Assembly (NCBI GenBank): GCA_950097015.1
Contig: CATNEN010000001.1
Coordinates: 17,484,001 to 17,548,000 of the forward strand
Length of the DNA stretch: 64,000 nucleotides
Direction of reading: 5' to 3'
DNA from: Macrostomum hystrix
Lineage: Eukaryota > Animalia > Platyhelminthes
In this document: in pieces, positions 61,991 to 64,000 of the stretch
Position numbering within the stretch: the first letter of the stretch is position 1
Layout of the letters: each line of letters begins with the position of its first letter
Position numbers and translations under genes: made by a program
Notes under the pieces: model-generated
The model's input: the letters and a program-made list of their open reading frames with translations, nothing else
Databases searched by the model: none
What the model was told of the DNA's origin: nothing

Positions 61991-63619
61991 ACAAAGGAGT
62001 GGAGTGGTAACAAGTAAAGCCTCTGAAGCAACAATTGGCTTTAACCTACAACACAACATAGTAGTAGAATAGCTAGAACCTAATTATAAACTTAGGCCTA
62101 TAATTACAAACAATACACATATTTATGCCAGCAACTAGTTATACAATTTAGCTAGCTACAGGCCTACAGCTAGCAGCTAGGCAATAGTATACTAGAATAG
62201 CTAATTATTATGCCTGCTCAATATACAGCTAGCATAGGTTTTAAGCTTTACTATATTATTTCTATATTAAACTAGGGCATAGGCGGCGATAGGCCTAGCT
62301 AAAAACTGAGCGCCATCCTATTCCTGCCATACTTTTAAAGTTTAGTCTTACTGTTCTCGAGTTCTAATGGACTAATATGTAAGATATACCATAATGCTGT
62401 GACTGTCTAATGTTTCAATGACTTGGAAATAAAAAAATAATAAACAGCTAGGCCCTGGGCTTACATAAATTAATATTACCTGTTAGCACTTGTACTAAGC
62501 CATTCAAATATTTGTCTAGTGACACTAAAATTATTGTTACTAAAAAGTAGTAAAATAGATATTTTGCATTAGCGAACTAAAAAAATTAGCAGAAACGGCT
62601 GTTCAAATTTGTGCCATAAAAGGCCTTTATGCGCTTAAAAAAGGCGGTCTATATCATGCTACGATATCATATAGCATGATATGGACCGCCTTTTAGGCGG
62701 TTTTCGCCGTGTTCTATACCGCCTAACGTGTATATACGGGTGATCCAAGCCACACCCGGCATTAACATCGTTGAGATGCAAGAAGGGGCCTATTATGTAC
62801 TTCAGGGCCCGCCCACGCAGCAGCGAGTTCGGGACTTGCTGGCAGCTCAGGGCATCGAGCTACCAGAGCCCGCAGGTTGGTGGCAGCAGCTAGGCTCCAA
62901 ATCAGGCTACGACAGCATGTCTGATTCCGAGTGAGCTTCCCGAACACGGCTTCCCTAATTTTAAATCCCTACTTCAAAATCCCTAATTTCTTGCATTTCT
63001 TAATTTCTTGAAAAAAGACTTGCATTTTGTATTTTTTTGCTGTATACTGTATTGCCGATTTGGCTCTTCTTCTGCTTCTTTTCTTGCCCCCGTGTTGTCA
63101 ATCTCATCCTGCTAAGCACCTCCATATTATGCACACTTTCTTCCTATTGTATATATCACAGAAACAATTACATTTTATCTTTTCTTGCTTATCATGTTGT
63201 ATATAATCATTATGTTGTCAATTATTAAATATTACTATCTATGTTGTCTTCCACACCAATCAAACACCTCTGCGCTGTAACATATTTTAGTTTTTTATCC
63301 CTTAATGTGATTGCGTTTTTTTTTTCAAGTAAAATGTGCTTTTAGGGCTTAAGCAAATAGCTCTTTGTTAAGGAAACAACTCTTCGTATTCGTTAGATTT
63401 TTTAAAGTAAAAGTTTTAGGGCTAAATTAGGATGTATTATAATTTGAATACTACCAAGCTAGAAAATCAAATTTTCCATTTTATACTACTAATTAGTAGA
63501 GTCAGAGCAGATTATGAAATATTACCCCTGGTTGCTTTGTTTAAGGAAAAAAGATAGCATGCTTTATTACGTGCTTTGCACAGGCCGAAATTCATAATTA
63601 ATTTTCTTTTCAGCAAACC

Positions 63620-64000
63620 ATGTCTGCGAGAAGGAAGACCCAAATTCCGATGGCCGAGTATTCGCGAATAATCGGCAGCGCCGTCCGCAGGGCTATTCAT
63701 GATGTTATAGCCGCCATCGTAGACGGTTGCGGCGGCGTCTGCGAACTAATGTGGCTGGCCTATCAGGCGCTCCCAACGGCCGGGATCGATGAGATCATGC
63801 TGCTGTTGGCCGGTTACCATAACCGGCACGCGGCAATCCAAGCCACACCCGGCATTAACATCGTTGAGATGCAAGAAGGGGCCTATTATGTACTTCAGGG
63901 CCCGCCCACGCAGCAGCGAGTTCGGGACTTGCTGGCAGCTCAGGGCATCGAGCTACCAGAGCCCGCAGGTTGGTGGCAGCAGCTAGGCTCCAAATCAGGC
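63620..64000 (+). CDS. Array copy 5 (no insertion), runs off the window
   Basis: Same ORF as copy 2, with the KSGY variant. Confidence 0.6.
   Translation, partial: MSARRKTQIPMAEYSRIIGSAVRRAIHDVIAAIVDGCGGVCELMWLAYQALPTAGIDEIMLLLAGYHNRHAAIQATPGINIVEMQEGAYYVLQGPPTQQRVRDLLAAQGIELPEPAGWWQQLGSKSG

Larger units (their letters stand above)
46937..62742 (-). mobile_element. KDZ (Kyakuja-Dileera-Zisupton) DNA transposon, 15.8 kb
   Basis: 579-bp TIRs (46937-47515 / 62164-62742, one mismatch noticed), CACCCG...CGGGTG ends, TSD atccaag (46930-46936, 62743-62749), internal KDZ transposase. Confidence 0.93.
42723..64000 (+). repeat. Tandem array of a ~1092-bp gene-containing unit (at least 5 copies), interrupted by a KDZ element
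   Basis: Near-identical units with ATGs at 42914, 44006, 45099, 46453 and 63620. Confidence 0.97.

Overview
Eukaryotic (animal, spliceosomal introns; overall style suggests an invertebrate such as a flatworm, which is inference only), almost entirely transposon-derived window. In order: a LINE ORF1 fragment; a solo LTR; an intronless zinc-finger/SETD8-like pseudogene; a 5'-truncated RTE LINE; a decayed hAT split by an intact Tc1/IS630-like element (239-bp TIRs); USP-like and Harbinger Myb/SANT relics; a Gypsy gag-pol; a complete BED-finger hAT (8-bp TSD); a Polinton packaging-ATPase relic; Helitron pieces (RPA-like gene, STPR-OTU-Rep exons); and two inverted ETS-domain pseudocopies. From 42.7 kb to the window end lies a ~1.09-kb tandem array encoding a 135-aa protein that resembles a stand-alone extended LOTUS domain. 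Two array units carry a 248-bp short retroposon that starts exactly with an HDV-like self-cleaving ribozyme fold, ends in (GAA)n and has a 13-bp TSD. One unit is split by a young 15.8-kb KDZ transposon with 579-bp TIRs, inverted 20-bp repeat arrays, a spliced CxC-KDZ transposase and a convergent HMG-like gene. All family calls are from motif recognition by eye; no searches were run.
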